DNA of 64,000 bases from an uncultured Candidatus Saccharibacteria bacterium (GCA_964474825.1 CAYYWQ010000001.1:613609-677608); one strand, 5' to 3'. Shown: positions 26,852 through 36,243, counted from the first letter of the stretch. Notes: generated from the sequence alone by a model not told the origin. Translations and numbers: made by a program.

Positions 26852-28447
26852 TTAGTGATTAAAGAATCCTCGCGCTTGACTGTCCGGGAACATTACAAGA
26901 GTAATATTATTCTCCTGGCAAAACTTTTTTATTTCTGAATCCCTAACGCTTCCGCTTGTGGCCAATATAGCAGAAATTCCCGCTTTTTCCAAGACTTCCA
27001 CTCCGTCTACAAACGGAAAAAAACTGTCGCTGTATACACTAGCATTTTTTATTTCATGGCCTGCGTCAGTAGCTCTTTTTATAGCCAACTGGCAACAACC
27101 CACGCGGTCTTGCTGCCCTACCCCATTACCTAACAGATGACTATCTTTTACAATAGTAACCGTATTGCTGTTTGAGGTAGAGCCAATTGCCCAGGCTAAA
27201 ATTAAATCTGATTTTTGTTGGTTAGATAATTCCCCCGTGACCTCGGCCTTATTCATATCTAAAACAAAATTATAATTCGGCTGTTTTAAAAACCCGCCGC
27301 GCACGTAACGGAAACGGGGATGATTATCGAGCGAGTCTTTAGACAAGCTTGCCAAAGCTGGGTTTACTAAAAACCTACACTTGTCTCCTTTGCGCTTTAA
27401 TAATTCAATTGCTTCCGATGAAAAAGACGGGGCAATAATTCCATCTAATAATCTTCGTTGATTATTTTCCATTTTGTGAGTCAGTAAAACTTCGGCCAAC
27501 TTTTCGTCTACTTCAAAATTCAGCATGACCACACCTCCAAAAATGGCGCGCAAATCCCCTTCTAACATTTTTTGAATTGCTGCCGCTGGTTCGTCATCCA
27601 CCGCCACGCCACAAGGGTTGCCGTGCTTTACTCCTACAGCAATTTTTGGAGTCTGGTTAAAATTTACGTCAAACCCGGCGGCAATGTGAGTAATTGTTTG
27701 AAGCAAGCGGTCTACGTCTGCCAAATTATTGTAGGACGGGGTCGTGCCTGCTTCTAACTTAAAATTGGCGAGGGAAAGTTCGTCTACAATTTCATTTTTA
27801 AACAGCCCTGCAGGAACTTGCCAACCATTTTCTCCGTACTTAACTCCCAAAACTTCGTGGGCAACTACACCATCAATGTTGCCGTGACTATGGTAGCGGG
27901 CCGAAGCCAAAGCATAATCTGCCACAATAAACTCCGCTTTGGCGCAAAATTTATTAATAAAATTTTCTTTGTCAGGCTGGTCGGCTTTTAACCAATCAAT
28001 TACCTTTGGGCGGTCTTCTGGATCACATACCACAATCCTTCTGCCTTTGGCAGCGGAGCGCAGCATTGTCGGCCCTCCTATATCTGTCTTCTCAATTACT
28101 GACTCCAGAGTGGAGTTGTGTTTGGCAATTTCTTCAGTCAGCGGATACAAATCCACGCAAACTAAATCTATAAAAGGAATTTTCAAACTCTCAAGCTCTT
28201 TGCGGTCCTGCTCATTGTCTTGCGCTAGTAGCCCGGCATGAACCTCGCGCGAAAGTGTAACCACGCGGTGCCCTAAAATTGCCCCGCCGCCAACCAAGGA
28301 AGCTACATCGGTTACTTCTATTCCGGCGGATGTTAATTCTTTAGCCGTGCCTCCAGAGGCATAAATCTTAAACCCCAAACCTACCAACTCTTTCCCAAAC
28401 CCCACTATACCTTCTTTATTATAGACAGATATTAAAGCTGTTTTCAT
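26852..28447 (-). CDS. purH: bifunctional AICAR transformylase / IMP cyclohydrolase
   Basis: 531 aa, MGS-like N-terminal domain (ISVYNKEGIV...ASGGTAK) plus AICARFT domain. Confidence 0.85.
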   Translation of the reverse strand: MKTALISVYNKEGIVGFGKELVGLGFKIYASGGTAKELTSAGIEVTDVASLVGGGAILGHRVVTLSREVHAGLLAQDNEQDRKELESLKIPFIDLVCVDLYPLTEEIAKHNSTLESVIEKTDIGGPTMLRSAAKGRRIVVCDPEDRPKVIDWLKADQPDKENFINKFCAKAEFIVADYALASARYHSHGNIDGVVAHEVLGVKYGENGWQVPAGLFKNEIVDELSLANFKLEAGTTPSYNNLADVDRLLQTITHIAAGFDVNFNQTPKIAVGVKHGNPCGVAVDDEPAAAIQKMLEGDLRAIFGGVVMLNFEVDEKLAEVLLTHKMENNQRRLLDGIIAPSFSSEAIELLKRKGDKCRFLVNPALASLSKDSLDNHPRFRYVRGGFLKQPNYNFVLDMNKAEVTGELSNQQKSDLILAWAIGSTSNSNTVTIVKDSHLLGNGVGQQDRVGCCQLAIKRATDAGHEIKNASVYSDSFFPFVDGVEVLEKAGISAILATSGSVRDSEIKKFCQENNITLVMFPDSQARGFFNH

Positions 28448-28552
28448 TTACCCACCTAAATTTTGCCCTAATAAATTGGGCAAATATAAATGTTTAATAA
28501 TATATAAAAAAAAATAAAAAACTTTTGACCATCCCCGCAAAATTTTGACGGG

Positions 28553-29083
28553 TTAATTTTTACCACCTTTCCATTCTTTGTCTAAAATCGACATATGATA
28601 ATCGTTATAATAATTTCCTTTGAACTTAATAAAATCCCTTTTAATGCCTTCGTCTTTAAAACCCAAACGCTTGTAAACTTTAATCGCGCGCGGGTTATAT
28701 TCCAACACACCCAGTTCAATGCGGTGTAATTTTAACTCTTTAAACCCATAGTCAATTATTAACTTTGCGGCTTCACTGCCCAAGCCCTGGTTCCAATACT
28801 TTTTTTCGCCAATAAAAATTCCAAATACAGCCCGACTATGGTCAAAATTAACTTCTAAAGAGGTGCTCCCAATATGAGTCCCATTTAGTGTTTCGATTGC
28901 AAAATTTTTATGGCTTTTAGATTTAATAGCGCTTTTTATCCATTTTTTTTCTTCAGACAAAGTCAGATGCTTACGTGTCTGTAAAAATTTATGAATACTC
29001 GGATCATTCAACCACTTCACAAACCGCCCCGCGTCCGACATTTGTATTGGTCTTAGCACAACTTTTTCGCCCTTGATTGTCAT
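28553..29083 (-). CDS. GNAT family N-acetyltransferase (RimL-like)
   Basis: 176 aa. Confidence 0.7.
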   Translation of the reverse strand: MTIKGEKVVLRPIQMSDAGRFVKWLNDPSIHKFLQTRKHLTLSEEKKWIKSAIKSKSHKNFAIETLNGTHIGSTSLEVNFDHSRAVFGIFIGEKKYWNQGLGSEAAKLIIDYGFKELKLHRIELGVLEYNPRAIKVYKRLGFKDEGIKRDFIKFKGNYYNDYHMSILDKEWKGGKN

Positions 29084-29090
29084 AAATTGA

Positions 29091-29130
29091 TTATAACCCC
29101 GACTCTCAAGGGTGTCGAGGTCGGGACTTT
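29091..29130. terminator. bidirectional terminator after maf
   Basis: CCCCGACtctcaagggtgtcgagGTCGGGACTTTTAATT. Confidence 0.6.
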
Positions 29131-29133
29131 TAA

Positions 29134-29709
29134 TTAACTAAAAGAAACTCCAATTTTTTTAAGCATTTTCCCCAAAGCCTCCAAAGGCAAACCAACAACA
29201 TTTGTATAATCCCCTGAAACCTTTCTTATAAGACCCGCGCCATGGTCCTGCACTGCATACGCGCCGGCTTTGTCTAAAAAGTTACCAGCGGACAAAAGAT
29301 TTTCTATTGCTTGTTTATTTAGCTTCCTAAAATAAAGTTTGCTTTTTACAACCTTGGTAACTTTTTTATGGGCCGACAAATTAATTACGCAAACCCCGGT
29401 TAAAACATCTTGCGCCTGCCCGCTGAATTTACTTAACATTTTGCGCGCGTCTTCTTTGTCTTTTGGTTTGCCAAAAATTTTCCCTTTGTGGACCACTATT
29501 GTGTCGGCCCCTACAATTATTGAGTTAGGATATTTTTTTGCGGTCGCTGCCGCCTTGCCTTCCGCTAAAAAACCCACCAACTGTTTCGGGGTAAAATGTT
29601 TGTGGTGCACCTCGTGGTAATTACTTGCCACAACCTTAAAAGGAATTCCCAAAAGTTTTATTAGTTGCCTTCTACGCGGAGATGTAGACGCTAGAATTAT
29701 TTGTTTCAT
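29134..29709 (-). CDS. maf: Maf-like nucleoside triphosphate pyrophosphatase
   Basis: 191 aa, ILASTSPRRRQLI. Confidence 0.8.
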   Translation of the reverse strand: MKQIILASTSPRRRQLIKLLGIPFKVVASNYHEVHHKHFTPKQLVGFLAEGKAAATAKKYPNSIIVGADTIVVHKGKIFGKPKDKEDARKMLSKFSGQAQDVLTGVCVINLSAHKKVTKVVKSKLYFRKLNKQAIENLLSAGNFLDKAGAYAVQDHGAGLIRKVSGDYTNVVGLPLEALGKMLKKIGVSFS

Positions 29710-29871
29710 TAACTAATTATAGCAGATAATTAAAAGAAATTTTGTGTCAAAAACTTTCCACAATTTTGCTTGCAAATAAAATAACTTATGCTAACATTAG
29801 CTTAAACAAGGTTAATAAAGGCCAGGGTATTAAGTTTTAAGCCGGATTTTCCGGAGAAAAAAACCAAGCAT

Positions 29872-31068
29872 ATGGACGAACAAAGTATGCAAGAGCCCAA
29901 GCAGGGAGGAGCACTTAAATGGCTAGTAGCCATTTTTGTAATAGCAATAATAGTCTTAGCAGTAGTAATGGCTCGCAAAAACAAAGGCGGAGAAACTGCT
30001 GGCACCACCGAAGTCGCTGGGGATACTTATAAAATTGGGGTTCTTTTACCTCTTACTGGTGACGCGGCAGCGTATGGTGAAATTATGCGCAACGCCGAAC
30101 AAATTGCCTTTGACGAAATAAATAACGCGGGAGGAATCAACGGAAAAAAACTGGAACCAATTTTTGAAGACGGCAGATGCAACGGCCAAGACGCAACTAA
30201 TGCCATGCAAAAATTAGTTAACGTTGACCACGTGCAAGTTGTTGCCGGCGGTTTCTGCAGCAGCGAGTCCATTGCCGCGGCTGCAATTGCAAATACAAGT
30301 AAGGTCCTATTGCTCTCCGGAGGCTCCAGCAGTCCCAAGCTAACCGGGATTAGCCACTTTTTCTTCCGGAACTATCCAAGCGACGCTACTCAAGGACAAG
30401 TGTTAGCAGACATTTCCTACAACAAGGAGGGTTTTAAAAAAGTAGCGTTCATTCAAGAACAACAAGACTACGCACTTGGTATTTACCAAGCCTTTAGCGA
30501 TGAATTCCAAAAACTCGGTGGTAAAGTTGTAAAAGAGGAGTATCCCAAAGAAGCAGCTGACTTTAGATCACAATTGGTTAAATTAAAATCTGAAAACCCT
30601 GACGCTTTATTTTTAGACACCCAAACCCCGGCGGCTGCCCAAAGAATTGTTAAACAACTCCAAGACCTTAACTGGAAACCGAGGCTATTAATGTCCGACC
30701 AAAATGCGGGCGACAGCGAATTGCTTTCGGGAAATAAAGCATTCTTGGAAGGCGCATTAGTTGCTGAATTTGGAGTTGATGAAAATAATCCAAAATTTAA
30801 ACAGTTAAATGAATCCTATAAACAAAAGTATGGCAAGGAAATGGATTTTAAGAGTTACACACAAACAGTCTACGATTCCATCTACATAATTAAAGACGGA
30901 ATAACCGCTGTGGGTTATGACGGCCAAAAGTTAGCTGACTGGTCAAGGACTATTAAAGATTGGCCGGGAGCTTCGGACTTTGTAACAATACAAGACAACG
31001 GCGATCGCGCCAGCGGCCATAAACCGGAAATTATTAAAGACGGCAAAACAGTTCCTTACACCAAATAA
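29872..31068 (+). CDS. branched-chain amino acid ABC transporter substrate-binding protein (LivJ/K family)
   Basis: 398 aa, N-terminal TM/signal, Peripla_BP_6-like YKIGVLLPLTGDAAAYGE. Confidence 0.8.
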   Translation: MDEQSMQEPKQGGALKWLVAIFVIAIIVLAVVMARKNKGGETAGTTEVAGDTYKIGVLLPLTGDAAAYGEIMRNAEQIAFDEINNAGGINGKKLEPIFEDGRCNGQDATNAMQKLVNVDHVQVVAGGFCSSESIAAAAIANTSKVLLLSGGSSSPKLTGISHFFFRNYPSDATQGQVLADISYNKEGFKKVAFIQEQQDYALGIYQAFSDEFQKLGGKVVKEEYPKEAADFRSQLVKLKSENPDALFLDTQTPAAAQRIVKQLQDLNWKPRLLMSDQNAGDSELLSGNKAFLEGALVAEFGVDENNPKFKQLNESYKQKYGKEMDFKSYTQTVYDSIYIIKDGITAVGYDGQKLADWSRTIKDWPGASDFVTIQDNGDRASGHKPEIIKDGKTVPYTK

Positions 31069-31084
31069 TATCTGCGTCAGCAAT

Positions 31085-31120
31085 TTAAAGGCTCACCCGT
31101 GGTGAGCCTTTAAATTTGTT
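31085..31120 (+). terminator. rho-independent terminator after the first substrate-binding-protein gene
   Basis: AAAGGCTCACCcgtGGTGAGCCTTT then AAATTTGTT. Confidence 0.65.
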
Positions 31121-31147
31121 GATGAGTAAGACAAATTTTAGTATAAT
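31119..31147 (+). promoter_or_regulatory. promoter for the livHM-SBP-livGF operon (TTGATG-17-TATAAT)
   Basis: TTGATG 31119-31124, 17-nt spacer, TATAAT 31142-31147, ATG at 31154. Confidence 0.5.
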
Positions 31148-31153
31148 CCCAAC

Positions 31154-32020
31154 ATGAGCATTTTGCCTCAGTTAATTTTAAACTCTATTATTGCCGGCAG
31201 TATTTACGCCCTGCTGGCTATGTCTTTTAACCTCATTTTCGGCGTTACAAAATTCTTTAATTTTGTCCACGGCTCATACTCCGTTGTAGGCGGGTATGTG
31301 GTTTTTTATTTGTTAAAAACTCTGGGCTGGCCTTTTTATTTGGCAATAATAATTGGGGTCATTGCCGCGGGGCTTTCCGCTTATATTTTAGACAAATTGG
31401 TTTACTTGCCACTACGTAAACGCAAAAGCACCGACACAGTTAAGCTCGTTGCCTCAATTGGATTATTTACAATAATCCAAGCCGCAGTAGCCATATTTTT
31501 TTCCAGCCAATTTAAAACTCTATCGAATTCCCAAATTCAGCAAAAAATTTACCAAATTTCTACCGGCGTAATAACCCAAACGCAATTAGTAATGCTAATT
31601 TCGGCTTTGGTAGTTTTTGCCGGACTTATGCTCTTGTTTAAATTCAGCTTATTCGGCAAAGCCATAAAAGCGGTGAGCGACGACGAAGAGGTTGCCAAAA
31701 TTGTTGGCATTAATACCAACAGAATAATTGCCGCTGTATTTTTTATTGGCGCTACTATTTCCGGCGGGGCCGGGATTTTAACCGGTTTTGACACAGGCAT
31801 AGAACCTACAATGGGTTTACACTTATTTTTGAAAGGCGTGATTGCGGCTGTTATTGGTGGAACTGGTAGCGTACCCGGCGCTTTTTTAGGAGCATTCCTT
31901 CTTGGCTTTGCAGAAAACTTTGGCATTTGGAAAATTAACGGCGAATGGAAAGACGCAATTGCTTTTGGACTTTTGATAATCTTCCTACTCTTCCGCCCAT
32001 CAGGCATTATCAAAAAATAA
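31154..32020 (+). CDS. livH: branched-chain amino acid ABC transporter permease
   Basis: 288 aa. Confidence 0.8.
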   Translation: MSILPQLILNSIIAGSIYALLAMSFNLIFGVTKFFNFVHGSYSVVGGYVVFYLLKTLGWPFYLAIIIGVIAAGLSAYILDKLVYLPLRKRKSTDTVKLVASIGLFTIIQAAVAIFFSSQFKTLSNSQIQQKIYQISTGVITQTQLVMLISALVVFAGLMLLFKFSLFGKAIKAVSDDEEVAKIVGINTNRIIAAVFFIGATISGGAGILTGFDTGIEPTMGLHLFLKGVIAAVIGGTGSVPGAFLGAFLLGFAENFGIWKINGEWKDAIAFGLLIIFLLFRPSGIIKK

Positions 32021-32023
32021 TTT

Positions 32024-32890
32024 ATGGAATACTTAATACATCTTGCAATTTTATTTTCCATATACGCGATATTGGCATTATCGCTCAATCTAATTTTTGG
32101 CTACACCGGGTTACTTTCCCTAGCTCATGCCGCGTTCTTCGGCATAGGCGCTTACACTACCGCCATTCTAACCACTCAATATGAGTTTAACTTTTTCTTA
32201 TCCCTGGCCATTGGAATAATCCACGCAATGCTTGCCGCCGGACTTATTGGTTATGTGCTGAGCAAATTTAAAGGAGATTATTACGCCTTAGGGTCTTTAG
32301 GTTTTACTATTATAGTTTTTGCCATAATGCTTAACTGGCAAAGTTTAACCTCCGGCCCTTTGGGGATTCCAGGAATCCCCCGTCCCGTTTTATTCGGCAT
32401 AGATTTTTCCCAAAATTTAAATTTCCTTTTACTGACTACTATTTGCTTACTGCTTGTCTATATAGTCTGCCGTTTTATTGTTAACTCTTCATTCGGAAGG
32501 GTGCTTAAAGCCATTCGCGAAGACGAAGAGGCTATACAAGTATTTGGCTACAACGCGCATCATTTTAAACTTGCCATATTCACTATTGGCGCTGGGCTTG
32601 CGGCAATCGCAGGCAGTTTATTTGCCGCTTACATTACATACATTGACCCCAGCACTTTTGGCTCCAACGAATCGGTTTACTTATGGTCCATAATTATTTT
32701 AGGCGGACTGGCAAGTTTGCGAGGTTCAATTTTAGGAGCTTTGTTTTTGGTCTTGTTGCCAGAAGCTTTAAGGTTTGTGGGCTTTCCAACCGAAATAGCC
32801 GCCCAAATGCGCCAGTTGGTTTATGGACTTCTTTTAGTCTTACTGATGTTATATCGGCCGCAAGGCTTAATTGGGGAATACAAGTTATAA
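32024..32890 (+). CDS. livM: branched-chain amino acid ABC transporter permease
   Basis: 288 aa. Confidence 0.75.
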   Translation: MEYLIHLAILFSIYAILALSLNLIFGYTGLLSLAHAAFFGIGAYTTAILTTQYEFNFFLSLAIGIIHAMLAAGLIGYVLSKFKGDYYALGSLGFTIIVFAIMLNWQSLTSGPLGIPGIPRPVLFGIDFSQNLNFLLLTTICLLLVYIVCRFIVNSSFGRVLKAIREDEEAIQVFGYNAHHFKLAIFTIGAGLAAIAGSLFAAYITYIDPSTFGSNESVYLWSIIILGGLASLRGSILGALFLVLLPEALRFVGFPTEIAAQMRQLVYGLLLVLLMLYRPQGLIGEYKL

Positions 32891-32932
32891 TCTTTAAATT
32901 TTCAATCTTTAAATTTTTCAATTAATTACTCC

Positions 32933-34066
32933 ATGTCCAAACCTAACAAAATTATTCTAATCTCGCTGGTAATTGTAGCCGCTTTGGTCTGGTTTATTTA
33001 TAACAGAGGAGCCAAAACCGCTGACCAAGCCACTATTAAAATTGCCGCGCTAATTCCCCTTTCGGGAAATTCCGCCGGCCAGGGAGAATTAATTAAACAA
33101 GGTTTAGATTTAGCGCTAGACGAAATTAGTAGTAGTGGACAAAAAATTGAAATTGTTTATTCCGACACTCAAGGTGATTCCAAAAAAGCCGTAGGCGCTT
33201 ATTTAGATTTAAAGTCACGCGAAAACATTTCTGCAGTAATAACCTGGGGCTCTTCGGTAGCCATGGCTATTTCGCCCCTGTCTAACCAAGACCATATAAT
33301 CCAAATGGGAGTAGCTACAGCGGCTTCCCAGTATCGCAGCCTGCACGATTATAATTTCCGCAACTACCCCACTGCAGACCAGGAAGAACAATTTTTAACT
33401 CAAGCGGTAAAAGAAAAATTTGGTACAAATAAAAAAATCGCTATTTTTTACATTAACAACGACGCCGGCAAAAGCTCGGCCCAAAATTTTACACAAAATT
33501 GGCAGAAACTGGGAGGAAAAATTGCTTTTAACGAAGGTTTTGACGGCAGTCAAACAGACTACAGGAGTGAGCTGGCTAAAATAAAAATTACCAGTCCTGA
33601 TATTGTAATTTTAATGGGCTACCCAAGCGAAACCGGTATTATTTTAAAGCAGGCCCGCCAACTGGGAATTACGGCGCAGTTTATTTCGCCATCGTTTGTA
33701 CTGGGACCTGAAATGATAGAAGCGGCAGGTGATTCAGCTGAAGGCCTTCTCGTGGCCGACTCTTCCCCGGACATAAACACCAAGCCCAGCCAGGAACTTA
33801 AAACTTTCGCAGAAAACTTTAACAAAAAAATAGGACACCCCCTTACTGCCCAGGAAATTTATTCGCTGCGCTCCTACGATGCCTTGCGCGCTTTGGCAGC
33901 AGGCTTCAAACATTGCAATGATGATACAGTTTGCGCTCAGAAGGAATTAGAAAAAATAAATTTACCCGGACCATCCGGAAACGTTGCTTTTGACGAATAC
34001 GGGGATATAAAAGCTAATTTCCATTTTGTACAGTTCAAGAACGGCGTACCGCATCAAATTAATTAA
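32933..34066 (+). CDS. second ABC transporter substrate-binding protein (LivJ-like)
   Basis: 377 aa, N-terminal TM anchor, ALIPLSGNSAGQGE. Confidence 0.75.
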   Translation: MSKPNKIILISLVIVAALVWFIYNRGAKTADQATIKIAALIPLSGNSAGQGELIKQGLDLALDEISSSGQKIEIVYSDTQGDSKKAVGAYLDLKSRENISAVITWGSSVAMAISPLSNQDHIIQMGVATAASQYRSLHDYNFRNYPTADQEEQFLTQAVKEKFGTNKKIAIFYINNDAGKSSAQNFTQNWQKLGGKIAFNEGFDGSQTDYRSELAKIKITSPDIVILMGYPSETGIILKQARQLGITAQFISPSFVLGPEMIEAAGDSAEGLLVADSSPDINTKPSQELKTFAENFNKKIGHPLTAQEIYSLRSYDALRALAAGFKHCNDDTVCAQKELEKINLPGPSGNVAFDEYGDIKANFHFVQFKNGVPHQIN

Positions 34067-34069
34067 AAG

Positions 34070-34801
34070 GTGATGATTCTCCAAACTAAAAACTTGACCA
34101 AGCACTTCCAAGGAGTTTACGCTTTAAACGGTGTGTCTTTAAATTTTGAAAAAGGGCAAATCACCGGAATTGTCGGACCAAACGGCAGCGGAAAGTCTAC
34201 CCTGACTAATTTACTGTCCGGCATTTTTCCTTTTGACAGTGGTTCTGTAATTATAGACGGAGTGGAAACTAAAAAAATACAGCCTTACGACTTGCCGGAA
34301 TTTGGCATCACCAGGAGTTTTCAGGAAATTCGGCTGTTTGAACAAATGACGGTGCTAGATAATATTCTAGTTGCACTGACATCGCGAAATGTTTTAAGCG
34401 CGCTTTTTGAAAAACATGGCGAGCATCATTTAAAACAAGCTGAGCAAATTTTAAAAACCATTGGCCTTTGGGAAAAACATAAACAGCTGGCAATAAATTT
34501 GTCCTACGGCCAAAGGAAGCTTTTGGAAATTGGCCGGACACTCGCCATGGATGCTAAAATATTTTTGTTTGACGAACCCTTTGCGGGCTTGTTTCCGGAA
34601 ATGATCAAAATTGTTGTTAACGTAATGCGGCAATTAAAACAACAGGGCCGCACAGTTATTTTAATAGAGCACAACATGGACTTAATCCGCCAGCTTTGCG
34701 ATTATTTATATGTGTTAGACGGTGGCGAACTTTTGGCACAAGGGCATCCGCAAAAAGTCCTAGAAGAAAAAAAAGTTATTGAAGCTTATTTAGGCGAATA
34801 A
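34070..34801 (+). CDS. livG: branched-chain amino acid ABC transporter ATP-binding protein
   Basis: 243 aa, GPNGSGKST. Confidence 0.85.
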   Translation: MMILQTKNLTKHFQGVYALNGVSLNFEKGQITGIVGPNGSGKSTLTNLLSGIFPFDSGSVIIDGVETKKIQPYDLPEFGITRSFQEIRLFEQMTVLDNILVALTSRNVLSALFEKHGEHHLKQAEQILKTIGLWEKHKQLAINLSYGQRKLLEIGRTLAMDAKIFLFDEPFAGLFPEMIKIVVNVMRQLKQQGRTVILIEHNMDLIRQLCDYLYVLDGGELLAQGHPQKVLEEKKVIEAYLGE

Positions 34802-34809
34802 ATCATGGA

Positions 34810-34865
34810 TGTCATCCCGACCGAGGACGAGTGCATCCGAGTCCGAGCGGAGGGACCCCTTAAAC
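34810..34865 (+). repeat. ~56-nt repeat (copy 1) flanking livF
   Basis: tgtcatcccgaccgaggacgagtgcatccgagtccgagcggagggaccccttaaac; about 50 of 56 identical to 35612-35667. Confidence 0.6.
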
Positions 34866-34866
34866 A

Positions 34867-35604
34867 ATGACAAAAAATATGGATAACGAAATTTTACTAC
34901 AATTAAAAAATGCCAGCGTTCATTATGGGGGCGTAAAAGCTTTGAACGATGTTAGCATTGCCGTGGACGAAGGCCAGGTTGTGGCATTAATGGGACCTAA
35001 TGGCGCCGGAAAATCCACAGCTTTAAAAGCCATGTTTGGTTTGGCTAAGTTAGACAGCGGGCAAGTGCTTTGGCATGAGCAAACCATAAAACCCATTACA
35101 TACCAAATGCCGTCTTTAGGCCTGGCTTTTGTGCCGCAGGGGCGTAGGGTTTTTACGCATTTAACAGTGGAAGAAAATTTGGAAATTGGTGGCTACATTA
35201 TAAACGATAAACAAGAAATTAACCGCCGCAAAAACGAAGTCTTAGAATTGTTTCCTGGCCTTAAGCATAAAAAAAATGCCAAATCTGGCACTCTTAGCGG
35301 CGGACAACAACAAATGCTGGCAATAGCCAGGGGGCTTATGACAGACCCTAAAGTTTTGCTACTTGATGAACCTTCGTTAGGACTAGCACCAAAAATAGTA
35401 AAAGAAGTTTTTGCCACAATTAAAGACATTAACCTCCGCCATAAAACGGCAATAGTAATTGTTGAACACAACTTAAAATCACTTTTGGAAATAGTAGACC
35501 GGGCCTATGTTTTAGACAAAGGCCAAGTTGTGGCTAAAGGCTCAGGCAAAGAAATTATTAATAGTGATATTCTAGAAAAAGTTTTTTTGGGAAAGCCTTT
35601 GTAA
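34867..35604 (+). CDS. livF: branched-chain amino acid ABC transporter ATP-binding protein
   Basis: 245 aa, GPNGAGKST. Confidence 0.85.
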   Translation: MTKNMDNEILLQLKNASVHYGGVKALNDVSIAVDEGQVVALMGPNGAGKSTALKAMFGLAKLDSGQVLWHEQTIKPITYQMPSLGLAFVPQGRRVFTHLTVEENLEIGGYIINDKQEINRRKNEVLELFPGLKHKKNAKSGTLSGGQQQMLAIARGLMTDPKVLLLDEPSLGLAPKIVKEVFATIKDINLRHKTAIVIVEHNLKSLLEIVDRAYVLDKGQVVAKGSGKEIINSDILEKVFLGKPL

Positions 35605-35611
35605 GGTTCCC

Positions 35612-35667
35612 TGTCATCCCGACCGAAGGCGAGTGCATCCGAGTATGAGCGGAGGGATCCCTTATTC
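35612..35667 (+). repeat. ~56-nt repeat (copy 2) flanking livF
   Basis: tgtcatcccgaccgaaggcgagtgcatccgagtatgagcggagggatcccttattc. Confidence 0.6.
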
Positions 35668-35737
35668 TAGATTTAAGAAACTAACACTTAACCATTGCCG
35701 TTAGTTTCTTTTTTATGTATAATATTGAAGTTAAATT

Positions 35738-35811
35738 CGGGCTGTAGTATACCGGTAGTACGCATGCATGGGGTGCATGTAGACCGGGTTCAATTCCCGG
35801 CAGCCCGACCA
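35738..35811 (+). tRNA. tRNA-Pro (anticodon GGG)
   Basis: Hand-folded cloverleaf: acceptor CGGGCTG/CAGCCCG, D-stem GTAT/GTAC, anticodon stem CATGC/GCATG with loop ATGGGGT, T-arm CCGGG TTCAATT CCCGG, discriminator A, encoded CCA. Confidence 0.8.
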
Positions 35812-35813
35812 AA

Positions 35814-35847
35814 GAAAAAAGTGCGACCTTGTGTCGTGCTTTTTTCT
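35814..35847. terminator. terminator hairpin after tRNA-Pro
   Basis: AAAAAAGTGCGACcttgtGTCGTGCTTTTTT. Confidence 0.55.
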
Positions 35848-35892
35848 TTGTGGTAAGAGCTGTCCTGAGCGAAGCCGAATGGGCAGCCCGAC

Positions 35893-35932
35893 CAAAAAAA
35901 GACATATAACATTGTTGTGTGTCTTTTTTTGG
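35893..35932. terminator. second A-run/hairpin/T-run terminator
   Basis: AAAAAAAGACAtataacattgttgtgTGTCTTTTTTT; preceded by the GGCAGCCCGACCAAA duplicate of the tRNA-Pro 3' end at 35881-35896. Confidence 0.55.
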
Positions 35933-36045
35933 TGAAATAAAACAATGGGGAGGAGCCATTGTCGTTTGTAGATAGTATCACATGTTACGCGATAATGCTC
36001 TAAAACAGCAGTGACTCACTCCCCAAATTGCGATGATAGCTCTGA

Positions 36046-36243
36046 CTAGGGAACGACGTTCCCCGATGTTTGAAAATTCTGGAAATCCCAGAAATCGCCC
36101 AACTCGGCCATGTATCCCGAAGTGGCACGGGCTAGTACGACAGGTCTCGCGTCGCCATTCGGCTCGCGATAGGAATCCACGGTTTTGCGAGAGCTGGCAA
36201 TGCCAGACTCCGCGTTATCAGAACGGCTTTCATCTTTTTTCAT
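36046..36243 (-). CDS. candidate small protein (65 aa) with strong Shine-Dalgarno, inside the ORF-poor region
   Basis: ATG at 36243 preceded by AAGGGGAGGACT; MKKDESRSDNAESGIASSRKTVDSYREPNGDARPVVLARATSGYMAELGDFWDFQNFQTSGNVVP; downstream hairpin CAATGGctcctccCCATTG plus T-rich run on the minus strand; GC-rich codons. Confidence 0.3.
   Translation of the reverse strand: MKKDESRSDNAESGIASSRKTVDSYREPNGDARPVVLARATSGYMAELGDFWDFQNFQTSGNVVP

Noticed and set aside
35681-35981. ORFs 35681-35959 and 35790-35981 on the minus strand
   Set aside because: They overlap tRNA-Pro and two terminators and have no coding signal.
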